64,000 nucleotides of DNA. Origin: Octopus sinensis (taxonomy: Eukaryota). Positions within the stretch are counted from its first letter, which is position 1. Each line of letters opens with the position of its first letter. The notes under the pieces were generated by a model. The model had not been told where the DNA came from. It ran no database searches and worked only from the letters and a program-made list of their open reading frames with translations. Below are positions 26,540-39,886 of this stretch, piece after piece. Location: the NCBI RefSeq assembly GCF_006345805.1, contig NC_043009.1, positions 30,380,001 through 30,444,000 on the forward strand, in the 5' to 3' direction. Both the position numbers and the translations under genes were made by a program.

Positions 26540-26954
26540 TATATATGTATGTATATATATATGTATGTATATATATCTGTATGTAAATATATATTATATA
26601 TATGTGTGTGTATGTGTGTGTGTGTGTGTGTGTGTATACACACACAGAGATATATATAATTAGTTTCATCTAACAATAAGCATGCCTCACATTAACTGCA
26701 CTGGTCATCCTGTTACCATATATGTCTGAGTGTCTGTGAGTGTTGACAGACAAATAGATATAGATACATATACGTGATTCAAATATCAAACAGACAAGAA
26801 ATCCAAAGACAACTCACAGACACCTGTAGTTCAAATAATAGTAACTGACAGATATAATGTTTTAGTAAATTTTGTCTGCTTTCACAAACTCATTAGCTGT
26901 TGTATTAGTGAACACCAGAGGTTCTTTTCTAAAATATTAATTGCATAAAATACA

Positions 26955-27425
26955 GTGTTTCTGTGTTAAGATATTTGCTTCCCAATCACATGATTCTGGG
27001 TTCTATCCCACTGCATGGCATCTTGGGCAAGGTGTCTTCTACAATAGCCTTGGGCCAATCAAAGCCTTGTGAGTGGATTTGGTAGATGAAAAAGGAAAGA
27101 AGCTTGTCATAGATATATATATATTAGTCCAACCCATGCTAGCATGAAAAGCAGACGTTAAATGATGATGATGATATATAGATATATATACATACATATG
27201 TGCTTGTGTGTGAGTGTGTGTATATGTGTGTTTGTGTATGTTTGTCTTCCACCACTTGACAACGGTGTGGTACGTTTATGTCCCCACTACTGGTGGTTTG
27301 GCAAAAGAGATCAATAAACTTTAAAAATAAATTAAGGTACTGGGATCAATTATATTCAAAAAATATCAATCAAGGCAGGGCCCCAGCATGGCCACAATTT
27401 GATGACTGAAATGAATAGAAGATAA
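26955..27425 (+). mobile_element. SINE family B with an embedded RTE-tail fragment (27128-27176)
   Basis: Family B head and body are interrupted by aacccatgctagcatgaaaagcagacgttaaatgatgatg. Confidence 0.8.
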
Positions 27426-27844
27426 AAATTAAAAGACCTGTAATGGAACACCTTTGATCATAGATCTTCTAACAGATGGCATCTATGATTATGCAACCAC
27501 TGCAACAGCTGTGTAATTCCAGTTCCTGTTTATTTCTATGGATGTTCAGTTCTTGTTGTAGTCTATACTTTGTGACCTTAAACAAGATAAATATCTCTAC
27601 TCACTCCAAATAGTTCAAGAGGCAAATGCAGGTTAAACTTTCCTAATCTCCTTGAATAATTAACGTATGTAATGACATTTAGTTCTTAATGCAAAAATGT
27701 TAAACAGAACTAAACGCTACCATCCATACAAGACCTGATGATAGTTCTTTGTTTTGTTTTTCAATAGATGGTATATTAGTATTGTTTCCATTGTTGTTAT
27801 CATGGATGGTTTACTTGAAATAACTTTTTCATTAATAGTCAAGT

Positions 27845-28275
27845 TGAGGCAGCGAGCTGGCAGAAATGTTAATATGCAGGAGCACAGTGTAGGTGCAGGA
27901 GTGGCTGTATGGTAAGTAGCTTGCTAACCAACCACATGGTTCCAGGTTCAGTCCCACTGCGTGAAATCTCGGGCAAGTGTCTTCTACTATAGCTTCGGGC
28001 CGACCAAAGCCTTGTGAGTGGATTTGGTAGACGGAAACTGAAAGAAGCCTGTCGTATATATGTATATATTTATATATATGCGTGTGTGTGTTTGTCCCCC
28101 TAGCATTGCTTGACAATCGATGCTGGTGTGTTTACGTCCCCGTCACTTAGCGGTTCAGCAAAAGTGACCGATAGAATAAGTACTGGGCTTACAAAGAATA
28201 AGTCCCGGGTTTGATTTGCTCAACTAAAGGTGGTGCTCCAGCATGGCCGCAGTAAAAGAGTAAAAGAGTAAAAGA
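27845..28275 (+). mobile_element. near full-length SINE family B (reference copy)
   Basis: Head ggtgcaggagtggctgtatggtaagtagcttgctaaccaaccacatggttccaggttcagtcccactgc; (AAAAGAGT)n-like tail. Confidence 0.9.
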
Positions 28276-28285
28276 GAGAGAGAGT

Positions 28286-28447
28286 ATGCCGGGCGAAATG
28301 CTTAGTGGTATTTTGTCCGTCTTCACATTCTGAGTTCAGATGCTGTTGGGGTTGACTTTGCCTTTCATCCTTTCCAGGTCAATAAATTAAGTACCACTTC
28401 TGCACTGGGGTTGATGTAATCCCAAATTTGAGGCCTTGTGCTTCTAG
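28286..28447 (+). mobile_element. SINE family A copy
   Basis: cattctgagttcaga...gttgactttgcctttcatcctttccaggtcaataaattaagtacc. Confidence 0.8.
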
Positions 28448-28495
28448 TAGTTGTCGATGGTCTGAAAATTAGTAACCAGTGATAAAACCAATATC
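28448..28495 (+). repeat. 48 bp direct repeat, copy 1 (partner 30605-30652)
   Basis: tagttgtcgatggtctgaa(a/c)attagtaaccagtgataaaaccaatatc, 47/48 identical. Confidence 0.95.
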
Positions 28496-29299
28496 AAGTT
28501 GGTTTGTGTTCTTTCTATCTTCCATGATAAAATACTGGCCTGACATGCCAACATATTTAGTATGTGATTCATACCCTCAACTTAAAACAGATCATCTCAA
28601 CTTGTGGTAAATATGTATGGTTTGATACTCTAAGCAACACAGTAATAGAAAGTATATTCTATTATACTGTTTAGGTTAGAGAAGCTTGTGGTGTCTCAAG
28701 GACTTGGCAAATTTAACAGAATAGCATTCCAAAATTTTGCATTACTCCAGTTTGCTCAGGTGCAAATGAATATCAGCCTAAAACTGGGGTGCCTTTACTC
28801 CTTCCAACAATTACATGCTTCATATTCTGCTAGATTAAGAATGGGTGGTTTAAGAGGGTCAGGGTCAACTCATGACCTCCAAGGAACCTAAAACAAGTTG
28901 TGAAAATGTAGTCCCAGCTCTCTGGTGAAACTAACTTGTGATTGACAGCTAATCTTTTAAGCTATTTCTATCTCTGTTTATATGCAGCCAGTATGATTTT
29001 TTAAGTGGTTGGTGTTACAAAAGGCATATAACAAGAACAAGCTTAGTAGGAGAGCGGAAACTCTAAATAAGGACTGACTTAGACTGTGATAACTAATTTA
29101 ACTCATTCCAGCTGGGAAAGTAAAACAATGATGATGATAAAGATGATCTTTACTCTAAGGTGGGTGAGACAGTTTAACAAAGTATAACCAACTGTTCAGA
29201 GGTGTGAAAAATCAATAATGTTATTGATTTTCTCTCTTCCATCTGGGACTTGCCTACAGCCCAATCAGTTTTGTTTACTAAAACACTTTTGTTTTGATT

Positions 29300-29530
29300 A
29301 CACGAATATTTTGTTCTGTGGGAAGCTGGTAGAATCTTTACCATGCCAGACAAAATGCTTACAGACATTTTATCCACCTTTACATTCTGAGTCAAATGCT
29401 GCCATGGTTCACTTTGCTTTTCATCCTCTCAGGGTTGATAAAATAAATACCAGCTGACTACTAGGGTTGATGTAATTGACTTACTCCCTCCCCTAAAATT
29501 GCTGGCCTTGTGCCAAAATTTGAAATCAAT
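29300..29530 (+). mobile_element. SINE family A copy
   Basis: cattctgagtcaaatgctgccatggttcactttgcttttcatcctctcagggttgataaaataaatacc. Confidence 0.8.
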
Positions 29531-30174
29531 ATTTCATGCATTGTTAACCATGCGTCTTCCCTTTCAGTCACCTCTTTAACTATTCAACCATCATGTCCCA
29601 TATATTTAATAATTCACTGATTAGTTTCTGATGTAGTTAACTTTTTTCTCAATAAAAACAAAATATAATTCCTAGTTATGCAGACGATGAATAGTTTTAA
29701 TTTAAGCTAATATTCATTTATTTATTTTTATTAATCTGATAATATTCTCAAAAGTTCCATTGTAATCTATACCAGACAGTTTCAATTTGGGTAAGATACT
29801 TGCTAATTGCTACAATACTTTAGGGGTGTGTGCAATATTATTTTTTCTTCTTCAGACATTCTCAGTATTATTTAAATTTCTCTATAGCAATTACTGATAC
29901 CATAATTATTCATAAGATTTCTACTTCTTGACGTAAATGTTCTGCAATTAACCGAAAAAGAGTAAATGGAAGGTTGTGACTTTTATGCATCTTCTAAGAG
30001 TAATAATTGCAGAGCTTTAGAATGAAGCAACTTCAACAAATCAGAATCTTTACTTGTGGAGACATGTGCTCTCTGGTACTTTACAAATAATTATTCATTA
30101 AGTCATCATTAGATTAAGTTAATTAGGATAATGATTTCAATAAAAAAGTAAATATATTAGAAAAAAATAACTGT

Positions 30175-30521
30175 TATAGGAAAGAAATAGTTAAATATTC
30201 AGAAGCTGTATATAAAATATCTGTGTTATGTGATATCTTCTTACAATATGCTCTATAGAATTCTCGTTTCACCTTTCGAAGTTAGACATCAACAAGAAAT
30301 TTCTGTTAGTCTGTCACACAGCAAATTTAATTTATAACATAATTTCTAATTATACACTATTTTTTTTCTTCCCATTCCTGTACTAATATATTTACAGTGT
30401 TTTATTTTGATTTTATTTAGTAGTCATTTAAATTTGTTTTTACTATTATTCTCTTTTATATTTTATTTATCCTTTATTTGTATTTTATTTATCTTTTATT
30501 TTTTTTAAATATATTTTGGTC
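30175..30521 (+). repeat. left arm of long-range inverted duplication
   Basis: Reverse complement of 33807-34134 at roughly 96-97% by manual comparison. Confidence 0.95.
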
Positions 30522-31129
30522 TGCTATTTCCTGACTCTTAATTAGTAAAAGTATAAAAGGAGATGTGCAGACGTTTAGCAGCTATAAATTTAACTTTAAA
30601 TTTATAGTTGTCGATGGTCTGAACATTAGTAACCAGTGATAAAACCAATATCTTCTATTAGAATCTGCGTCAGATACTTTCTGTCAATTTAGTCTGCGAG
30701 ATGTTTATTTTGATGTTACTTCTTGACATTTTACTACTCTGCTGCTATCAAGATAAACAGCAACTCTTCAATACGGACCAACCTATTGGCAACACAACTA
30801 AAACAAAAACCCATTTACTATTTATTTATTTTTCTCCATATCTTCTTTGTTTAATTTCTTTCCTTTTTCTTCTTTCCTTTCATTTTCTTGAAATTCTCAT
30901 TTGATTTTCCTTCACATATTACTGTGTCATGTTGGTGTTGTTGGTGGTGGGAGGTGTTGGTAGTTAGCACTCAGTCAGCTTTGCTCCAGCTGATCAATTG
31001 ACAAAAGCAATCCAAGCAGGACTATCCTATCTTGTATATCTAGGACACTATTTCGTTATGGTCTTTGATGCCTCATGTAAAGCATCCATGCTAATGTCAG
31101 GTATAAAGCACAGAAAGAACACTGTAGCT

Positions 31130-31320
31130 GGTTCCATGTGAAAGGCACCCAGAATACTCTGTAAAGTGGATGGCATTAGGAAGGGCATTCGGCCATAGGA
31201 AACATAGCCTTCCTGCTTGTCAACTCCTGTCAAACAGTCCAACCTATGCCAGCATTATATGATAATGATGATGATGATGATGATGATGACGACAACAACG
31301 ACGATGATGATGATAATGAC
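31130..31320 (+). mobile_element. RTE 3'-tail copy with expanded (GAT)n tail
   Basis: gcattaggaagggcattcggccatagg...ccaacctatgccagcatt followed by (gat)n. Confidence 0.75.
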
Positions 31321-32425
31321 AATAAGTAAGGCATAATTTTAGGGAAGCTGACAACCTTTTCTAAATTTGAATAAGTGACTTACAACTGTAATGAAACTAT
31401 CCAACCCAAAGCAGTATGAAGAGTAAAATGATGATGGTGATGATGATGATACTGACAATGGCAGTGGCAATGATGTTGACAATTATTCTACTAGTCCAAA
31501 GCTGGTACTTTATTAAGGATAAAATAAACAAAAGTCTACTGAAGAATAAGATGGTGATCATAGTAGGGATTGAACTCAGAATGCCAAGTCCTAGAATAAA
31601 TCCAGAAAGACATTTCATCTGCCTGCTGCCCTATTACTTCTGCTAATTCACCATCTAGAACGACTAGATATATATATTAACCCTAATGAATCACTTGCTA
31701 TCTCTGATCATGTTAATCCAAAGATTAAAGGCATACCCTAAACCCTGACCAATTACATCAGCTTTCCTTTATGCAAAGAGCACAATTGTGGTGAGGTGCA
31801 ATTTAGGGATATTTTGCAACTATTTCTAGAAGACTGACTGAACATGTAGAGGCTCCATCATGAGTTTACTTTGGTATATTATTGGTGGCTCATCCTATAT
31901 TTCTTTTCTTCAAATTTATTGTTATGCATTAAAGATAGAAATTAACAAGAAATCCGCTTCTGCCTCCTCATCATCATCATTGATGTTGCCATTGGCATCA
32001 TTGTTATTGTCACCATCAGTCATTCATATTATTTATGTCATCATCATCATCACCGGCATCTTCATTGTCACCATCAACATCATTGCCATCATCAACATCA
32101 ACATCATCATCATTATCGTTGTTATTGTCATTGTTCTTACCACCACAACCAACACCATCATCATCCTCTCCTCCTTGTCTTCCCCTTCCCCTTCCCCCTC
32201 CCCCTCCTTTTCTCATTTTTCTGCACGGCTCCTAGATCCAATTGTCCATCATGCCATGGGTTAGAAAATAGTACACTGCAGCCTATTCCCAATTGGGAAG
32301 ACACATTTGTTCTTGCAAGTATGTCCGGGTTACTGACTTGTACCTATGACACCTACAAATTGAACAATGTGTTAAGTGCAACTGTGTGCTTCAGTTTGTG
32401 TGCATGTACATGTATCCGTGTGTGT

Positions 32426-32460
<35 letters not shown>

Positions 32461-33806
32461 TGTGCGTGTGTGTGTGGGGGGGTGAGACTTTCTATAAACC
32501 ACAATATTTTCATATATGTTTAATGGCGCTTTTATCAAACCCACTTTTAGTGATCAGAGATTGTCTTAGTTGAGAGGAGACAAAAACAAAACAACAACGG
32601 AAATAAATAAAACTATGTCAATGGCCCTATAAATATGTGCAACAATTTCATTTCACTTATATGCATATATATATAAATGTATGTATGTGCATATCTATAT
32701 CTGAATATTTATCTTCTTTCTGTCTATTTATGCAATTGTCTCTATGTGTAAATGTATATATTTACATCTATAATCACCTCCTTTGAATGTATTTGTCCAC
32801 ATCCATATTTATGTAAATATGAATATAGCGTTATTGCCAGTTAAATTTGCATGCGTTTATATGTATTTATGTATATAGTTGTAAATTCCGACCTTAATAA
32901 CAGAGCGTTTTCTACTAAAAAGACTTTTATCACATTTCCTTAAGATGCCAGAGTCATCTTTATGTGAGTTTTCGAAGTAAAAGCTTATTTTCACAAAGGA
33001 ATTCATCAAAATTCTTCAGAATTAGCAGTATTTACCAATATTTATTGGTATTTGTACTAAAACCAATTCTCACAAATATATACATATATTCTTTCCTTCT
33101 AGAAGATGATCATAACTTTTAATTTCTACCTTGTGAGTAATAAACACATCAAACATTAACAATGTGAGTTAATTAACAAGTTTGTCAGTTCAGAAAGTGA
33201 TAAACATGCCAGCTATTTATCATATATCATGCAACTGAATAGACAAAGAAGAACATTTAACTTATTCAGTGCAGATTGTACCAGTCATATAAAACCTTTT
33301 TCTTCAATCCTCTGTCTCTTTATATGTATATTTTTTTTATGGAAATGTTATTGTTGTGTTTATGCTTTTCCTGTATAAAGCTAAACATGTGATTGACTAA
33401 GTTGGTATAATTTTATGCATATTTCTAATCACTGAAAATATATATTTTGTCTCTGACATTGCAGTAGAGTCATATGGGTGTACTAACAACACCAGAGTGA
33501 TGCCACAAAACTCTGTTACACCACAGTACAAATCTGTAAAATGGTTGGCCTTATGAAGGGCATCCAGTTGTAGGAGTCAAACCAAAGTTGAAGCTGGAGA
33601 ATGCCATGGTCTTCTAATGTATATGACCCTGTTGGACCATCTAAGCAATGCCAACATGAGAATTGGTTGTGAAATGATGATGATGACAATGATAATCATT
33701 TTACAAGTCTCATATGATGACAAAACAAGGGTACATAGACACACACTTGCACTTGCACATTCACTTACATATATACCCACATACATGCGGACTGTGATCA
33801 GCTTTT

Positions 33807-34134
33807 GACCAATATAAAAAGAATAAAATACAAATAAAAGATAAATAAAATATAAAAGAGAATAATAGTAAAAACAAATTTAAATGACTACTAAATAAAA
33901 TCAAAATAAAACACTGTAAATATATTAGTACAGGAATGGGAAAAAAAAATAGTGTATAATTAGAAATTATGTTATAAATTAAATTTGCTGTGTGACAGAC
34001 TAACAGAAGTTTCTTGTTGATGTCTAATTTCGAAAGGTGTAATGAGAATTCTATAGAGCATATTGTAAGAAGATATCACATAACACAGATATTTTATATA
34101 CAACCTCTGAATATTTAACTATTTCTTTCCTATA
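33807..34134 (-). repeat. right arm of long-range inverted duplication
   Basis: Partner of 30175-30521. Confidence 0.95.
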
Positions 34135-34308
34135 TATAACATATATGTATCTATATATATATATATATATAGGTAAGAAAGTTGGTGTGTGAAAGCACGT
34201 GGTTGGATATATAGAAATATATAATTTTATAACATTTTTCTAACATAACGACTTAAATATATTCTTTAACCTTATAAAAAAGCCTTCTGTAGTTTTTTCA
34301 CCCTTTTC

Positions 34309-34385
<77 letters not shown>

Positions 34386-36720
34386 CATATATTTATATAC
34401 ATATTTTTCTCTCCATTACTTCATTACTTTCTCTCTACATCTCCTTTCTCTCCACATTCTTTTGTGTGGGCTCAACATTTGAAAGACTTCTTCCATTTTT
34501 CCTGATCTTCAAACTAATACATCTTCCTCGTTGTACCTTGTCTCTCTCTTCTCTTAAATATCATTCTGAACTCTCTCTCTCTCTCTCTTCCTCTCTCTCT
34601 CTTTCCCCCCTCTCTCTGTATATATATATATATCAACACAAAAACAGGAATTGGACACCACTTTTTACTCACCCTGTAGGTGTGTGTGTTCATTTCAATA
34701 TGTGCATGTATCCATGACTGTGTAACTGTGTCTACATATATATGTAAATGAGTAGAAGTTTGGTGTCTGTTGCTGCATGTGTGTGTGTATGTGTGTGCAT
34801 CAGTGCATGTAGTATACCAGTATGTGTGTTTCTGTATTTCTTGCATCTGTGTCAGCATATACACAATTACAAGCACAAGTGCATGTGTGCAGAAGAGGAA
34901 ATTTCTCCTGTTTAACCATCTCATGAAGTGAGATTTCTGTTAGTTTTTTATCTATGAAATCAGAGACCAGACTTGGTTAATACTCTTAGCAAACCACAGA
35001 CCCAGAACGTAATTTTTACTGGTGAAAGAAATAAACTTAGGAAAAATTCAATTACATTTGCTCTAAGAATCCCTTTTTCTATAAAGAGAGAGAATGTGTA
35101 TATGATAAAGGATAGAGAGAAAAATTGAAACAGTGAGAGAAGAGCAAGAAACAGAGTTATAGATTGTGAGGGGACATTTGTCTTATAAATAAAAGGAAGA
35201 AAATTAGAACAACAACGAAGGATTAGAATATAAAGTGAGAAAAAAAGGGGAAAGGTGTGGTTTGAGTAAGATTTGACTGCTATTTATTGCAGAACAAGTA
35301 GCCATGTAGTGACTATGGTCTGGATGCTGTGAATGCTTGTTTGTGGTGTGGTTGATATCTTTTCGTTATGTAATGGAAAATGAAAACTGTTGAGAGAGAG
35401 CTAGGCACAGCAAGATACATGTTCAGTAAAGGAACACAAATGAAAAGAGACAAGAAAAAGCTGATAATAAAAATTTAATTGCTATTAGTATCGGCTTCGA
35501 ATTTTGGGTTGGACTGCGTTGGACTGCATATGCATATATATATATATAACAAGCTTCTTTCCGTTTCCATCTACCAAATCTGTTCAGAGAATTGGATGGT
35601 TTGGAGCATTATGCCATGCCGCCACTCAGTGGTATGGACTTAACTGAAGATCCATCCATATTGCTAAAATTATATATTTCTCACGACCTAGGAATACAGG
35701 CTTGACATTTCTCTTACATATTTGAAGGCCCAGTTGAATTAAATGTAATCTAATGAGGGGGTCGTTAATGAACATTTGATTAGATATATCAGGAAATATA
35801 ATTAAATTCATTGTGAAATATAAGTATGAATATTAAAGTCAAGAAATAAAGATATGAACTGATCTTTTAATGATTTACACAGATGATTTAATCAGAGGTT
35901 TGGGAACAAGGGGTGCAAAGGGTGCACCCTTTAATTTTTAATTTTTTATTTTTGGATGGGGGAGTTGCACAATGAAAACGCTTCAGAATCATCCTGAAAA
36001 AGGTTCATTGCCAAATCAAAGAAGTTTGGAAACATTTTTAGATTGATTTGAAACATTACTTTTCCATTATTGGATTTATCGGGTTCGATTGATGTACAAA
36101 TATTATAAAAATAATTATCATTATTGTGCCTTTTGATATTAAAATTTTCAAGAATCGACCTTGTAAAATATTTTGGACCCTGAGTTGCACCACTTAGGCA
36201 AGTTTCGTTCCCACACTCATGGATTTATTGTATAATGCTTCATGCATGAAATATATCTTTAATCTTCCTCTCTACCTAGCAATGTACAATGACAAACAAA
36301 GTCAATTTCATGTGGCAGGCAGCCACGAAGTGAAAGGTACTTTACCTAGCAATCCTGCAGTCTTTGTTCATGGGTGTTGATGTTACATGGATCAATATAA
36401 TTCTCTAGTCAGTACTTATTCTCTTTTACACTTTTACTTCTTTCACTTAACAGAAAGTGGTCATGCTAGAGCACCATTTTGTAGATTTAATGGTGGCATG
36501 AATATGGGGGGGGGGGGAAAGCGAATCAAGACCAATGTGCTTCGTTAGAGTTTATTAATATTCTAATAGTCTCTTTTGCAGAAACCAGGTATCAGGTGGA
36601 GAAGAACTATCTCAAATACTCCTATAGATATATACAAACACACACATAACACACACTCACATATATATATGTGTGTGTATATATGCACATATATATATAT
36701 ATATATATGTATCATCATAC

Positions 36721-36772
<52 letters not shown>

Positions 36773-36928
36773 CAATATGGAGCAAATAATTCATGAGAAA
36801 AAATAATTCACGAAAAAATAATTTGCAAACATATCATTGACTCTGTTATTATCTAGTGTAACAATTCAAATAAAGGATAATAACAGAATCAGTAATATAA
36901 ATGATTGCAAGACCCGAAAAAGCATTAA

Positions 36929-37358
36929 ATAGCTGAAGGCTTAAAATTAATCAAAGGAATAACTAAATATGTCTACCTGCTGGAAATAACAGTCAAAACT
37001 CTTATTTAAATTACCAAAATACACTGATAATGACTACAGAAATCAACCGTCCGAAAGCAAATGGGCAAAAACAATCTCTCAGCATACATTCAAGTATTTG
37101 GGCTCATGTAGACCTGTTTCTGGACTGGCATAATAGCCTAACCTTCCTCAGTACATGTTACCATGATAGAGAGTATGCTGATAGATTGTCTTGGGTCGTT
37201 TGCCTTTGGAAGGTTGATTTCTGTAGTTATTATTAGTGTATTCTGACAATTTAAATAAGAGTTTTGACAATTTGACAATTTGAATAATAGTTTTGATGAA
37301 TTTCCAGCAGGTAGACATACTTAGTATGTTCGTTGATTAATTTTAATCCTTCAGCTAT
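36929..37358. mobile_element. 430 bp fold-back (MITE-like) element
   Basis: 36929-37087 pairs with 37173-37358 (atagctgaagg...ccttcagctat; tatgtctacctgctggaaat / atttccagcaggtagacata); the right arm has a small internal tandem duplication. Confidence 0.85.
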
Positions 37359-37572
37359 ATACATATAGTTGACATTTATAGACAAACAGGACAAAGACAG
37401 ATGTATGAATAACAAGCAAATGTATTAGTTTGACGCTTAGGAAAAATGAAAAAGTATTTTACAGTTCGAGCCTACAATCTTCAACAGAAGGGAATAAGAG
37501 GAAATAAACAAAGACAGAAAAAAAACGTGTAGATTTCAGCAATCCAGCATGGTGAATATATATATATATATA

Positions 37573-39330
37573 TTCTATGACACTCTACTGCAGACTACCT
37601 CATTGATGAACGACAGAGACCTTCTCTTTGTGGCTGGTGACTTCAATGGTCACGTTGGATGACATGCTGGGGGCTTCCATGGCGTACATGGAGGCTATGG
37701 CTATGGCTCCCGCAACGAGGAGGGAACCAGGCTGCTGGAGTTCTGCGATGCAAATAATCTTATGATTTGCAACACTAACTTCAGGAAACCTACCAGCCAC
37801 CTAGTCACCTACCGATCAGGCCAACATACCAGCCAAATTGACTACATCCTTGCAAGGCAAAGGGAGAGATGGCTGCTTATAAATGCCAAAACCTTCCCAG
37901 GTGAAGAATGTACCCCACAACATAAACTGGTAGTTAGTGACTTTAGGATCAGGACTAGGAGGACAACCAGAAGACGACCAATATGGAGAAGAAGGATCTG
38001 GAAGCTTAAAGATCCTGCAAATGGACAGAGATTTAGGGACATATTACTTGAAGCCTTTGATGAAGTAGAAGGGGATAGAGCATCACAGGGGATAGAAGAC
38101 AACTGGACGTTTCTAAGGGACAACCTGCTGAGAGCCACTGACCAGATCTGTGGCTGGTGCAAAGTCCCCTCTCGACCTAGAATAACGTGTTGGTGGAACA
38201 ATATTGTAGACAGGGCTATTAGAGAAAAGAGACAGGCTTAGAAGGTCCGGAAAAATGGGGGTAGCAGGGAATTGTATCAGACTGCCAAAAGAGAAGCTAG
38301 GAGACAGGTTTATTTAGCCAGAGGGGAAGCAGATAAGAAAAAATTTGCCAAAGTTCTGCGCCATGAGGACCAAAGACTGGAGGTGTTTCGCGTTGCAAGA
38401 CAGTGTGTGAGAGAGAATCGTGATGTGGTAGGAGAGAAGTGTGTTCGCATGGAAGATGGTTCACTTGCGCTAAATGAGGATGCAAAGAGAGAGGTTTGGA
38501 GATGCCACTATGAAAGGTTGCTGAATAAAGAAAATGAATGGGATAAAGAGAGTCTGCCGAATGTTGACCCAACAGAGGGACCAGCTATCCGAGTTGATAG
38601 TTCCTTGGTAGTTAAGGCAATTAGAAGCATAAAGACAGGGAAAGCCCCAGGCCCATCAGGAATCACTGCAGAGATGCTCAAAATGTCTGGTAGTGTCGGC
38701 TATAGCCTAGTGACCCATAAAGTTAACCAGGTGATACACAAAGGAGTCATACCCAATGACTGGTGTAGCAGCATAATAGTCAACTACTACAAAGGTAAAG
38801 GTGACGCCCTAGATACAAATAATTACAGAGGTATCAAGCTGTTGGATCAGGTGATGAAGGTTACGGAGAGGGTCATAGCCCAACTAATTAGAGAGAGAGT
38901 TAGTTTAGATGAGATGCAGTTTGGGTTTGTGCCAGGGAAAAGTACCACTGATGCTATATTCCTGGTAACGCAGCTGCAGGAGAAATACCTAGTCAAAGAT
39001 AAGCCCCTGTACCTGGCCTTTGTTGACATGGAGAAAGCCTTCGACAGGGTCCCCCGATTCCTTATCTGGTGGTCAATGAGGAAACTAGGGATAGATGAAT
39101 GGTTAGTGAGAGCTGTGCGGGCCATGTATAGGGACGCTGCTAGTAAGGTGAGGGTTGGCAACGAGTACGGTGAAGAATTCCGGGTAGAGGTATGGGTCCA
39201 CCAAGGCTCAGTCTTGGGACGAGGTGGTGAAGCATGACCTTCGAACTTTAGGTCTCACTGAGGAAATGACTAGAGACCGAGACCTCTGGAAGTGTGCTGT
39301 GCGCGAGAAGACCCGGCAGGACAAGTGCGA
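37573..39330 (+). pseudogene. disrupted endonuclease-reverse transcriptase ORF of the RTE LINE
   Basis: Single frame 37573-~39213 with in-frame TGA (37660) and TAG (38239), then a jump from HQGSV to the C-terminal WDEVVKHDLRTLGLTEEM in another frame. No YADD motif is present. Confidence 0.9.
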
Positions 39331-39865
39331 CCATAACCCATGGCCTTCTACATGGGATGGAGCCAGCCTACGTATGCATACCTTCCATTCTTGGGACACA
39401 AAACTCTACTTGTGAAGACCTGTTGAGGCAAGTGAGGATCAGAATCGAAATCGATCAATGGAAATTGCAGATGTGTTACCAGTGCCGGTGGCATGTAAGA
39501 GAACCATCCGTTCGTGACCGTTGCCAGCGCCGCCCTGACTGGCCTCGTGCCGGTGGCACGTAAAAAGCACCATCCGTTCGTGTCCATTGCCAGCCTCGCC
39601 TGGCCCCCGTGCCAGTGGCACATAAAAAGCACCATCCGTTCGTGGCCGTTTGCCAGCTCTGTCTGGCACCTGTGCGGGTGGCACGTAAAAAGCACCCACT
39701 ACACTCACGGAGTGGTTGGCATTAGGAAGGGCATCCAGCCGTAGAAACACTGCCAGATCTGACTAGGCCTGATGAAGCCTTCCGGCTTCACAGACCCCAG
39801 TTGAACCGTTCAACCCATGCTAACATGGAAAACGGACGCTAAACGATGATGATGATGATGATGAT
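37573..39865 (+). mobile_element. RTE-clade LINE, 5'-truncated and internally deleted, with 3' UTR and (GAT)n tail
   Basis: AP-endonuclease motifs (AGDFNGHVG, NTNF, QIDYIL) and RT motifs (NYRGIKLL, QFGFVPGKSTTDAIF, FVDMEKAFDRV, HQGSVL); flanked by (TA)n on both sides. Confidence 0.95.
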
Positions 39866-39886
39866 ATATATATATATATATATAAA

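Noticed and set aside
28676-28891. 72-codon frame after a tgtttag acceptor (LEKLVVSQGLGKFNRIAF...)
   Set aside because: Weak donor, no recognisable homology, and length within chance expectation.
35900-36223. Possible hAT-type MITE with cagaggtttgggaac / gttcccacactcatg ends
   Set aside because: Terminal match is short and imperfect and no TSD is visible.
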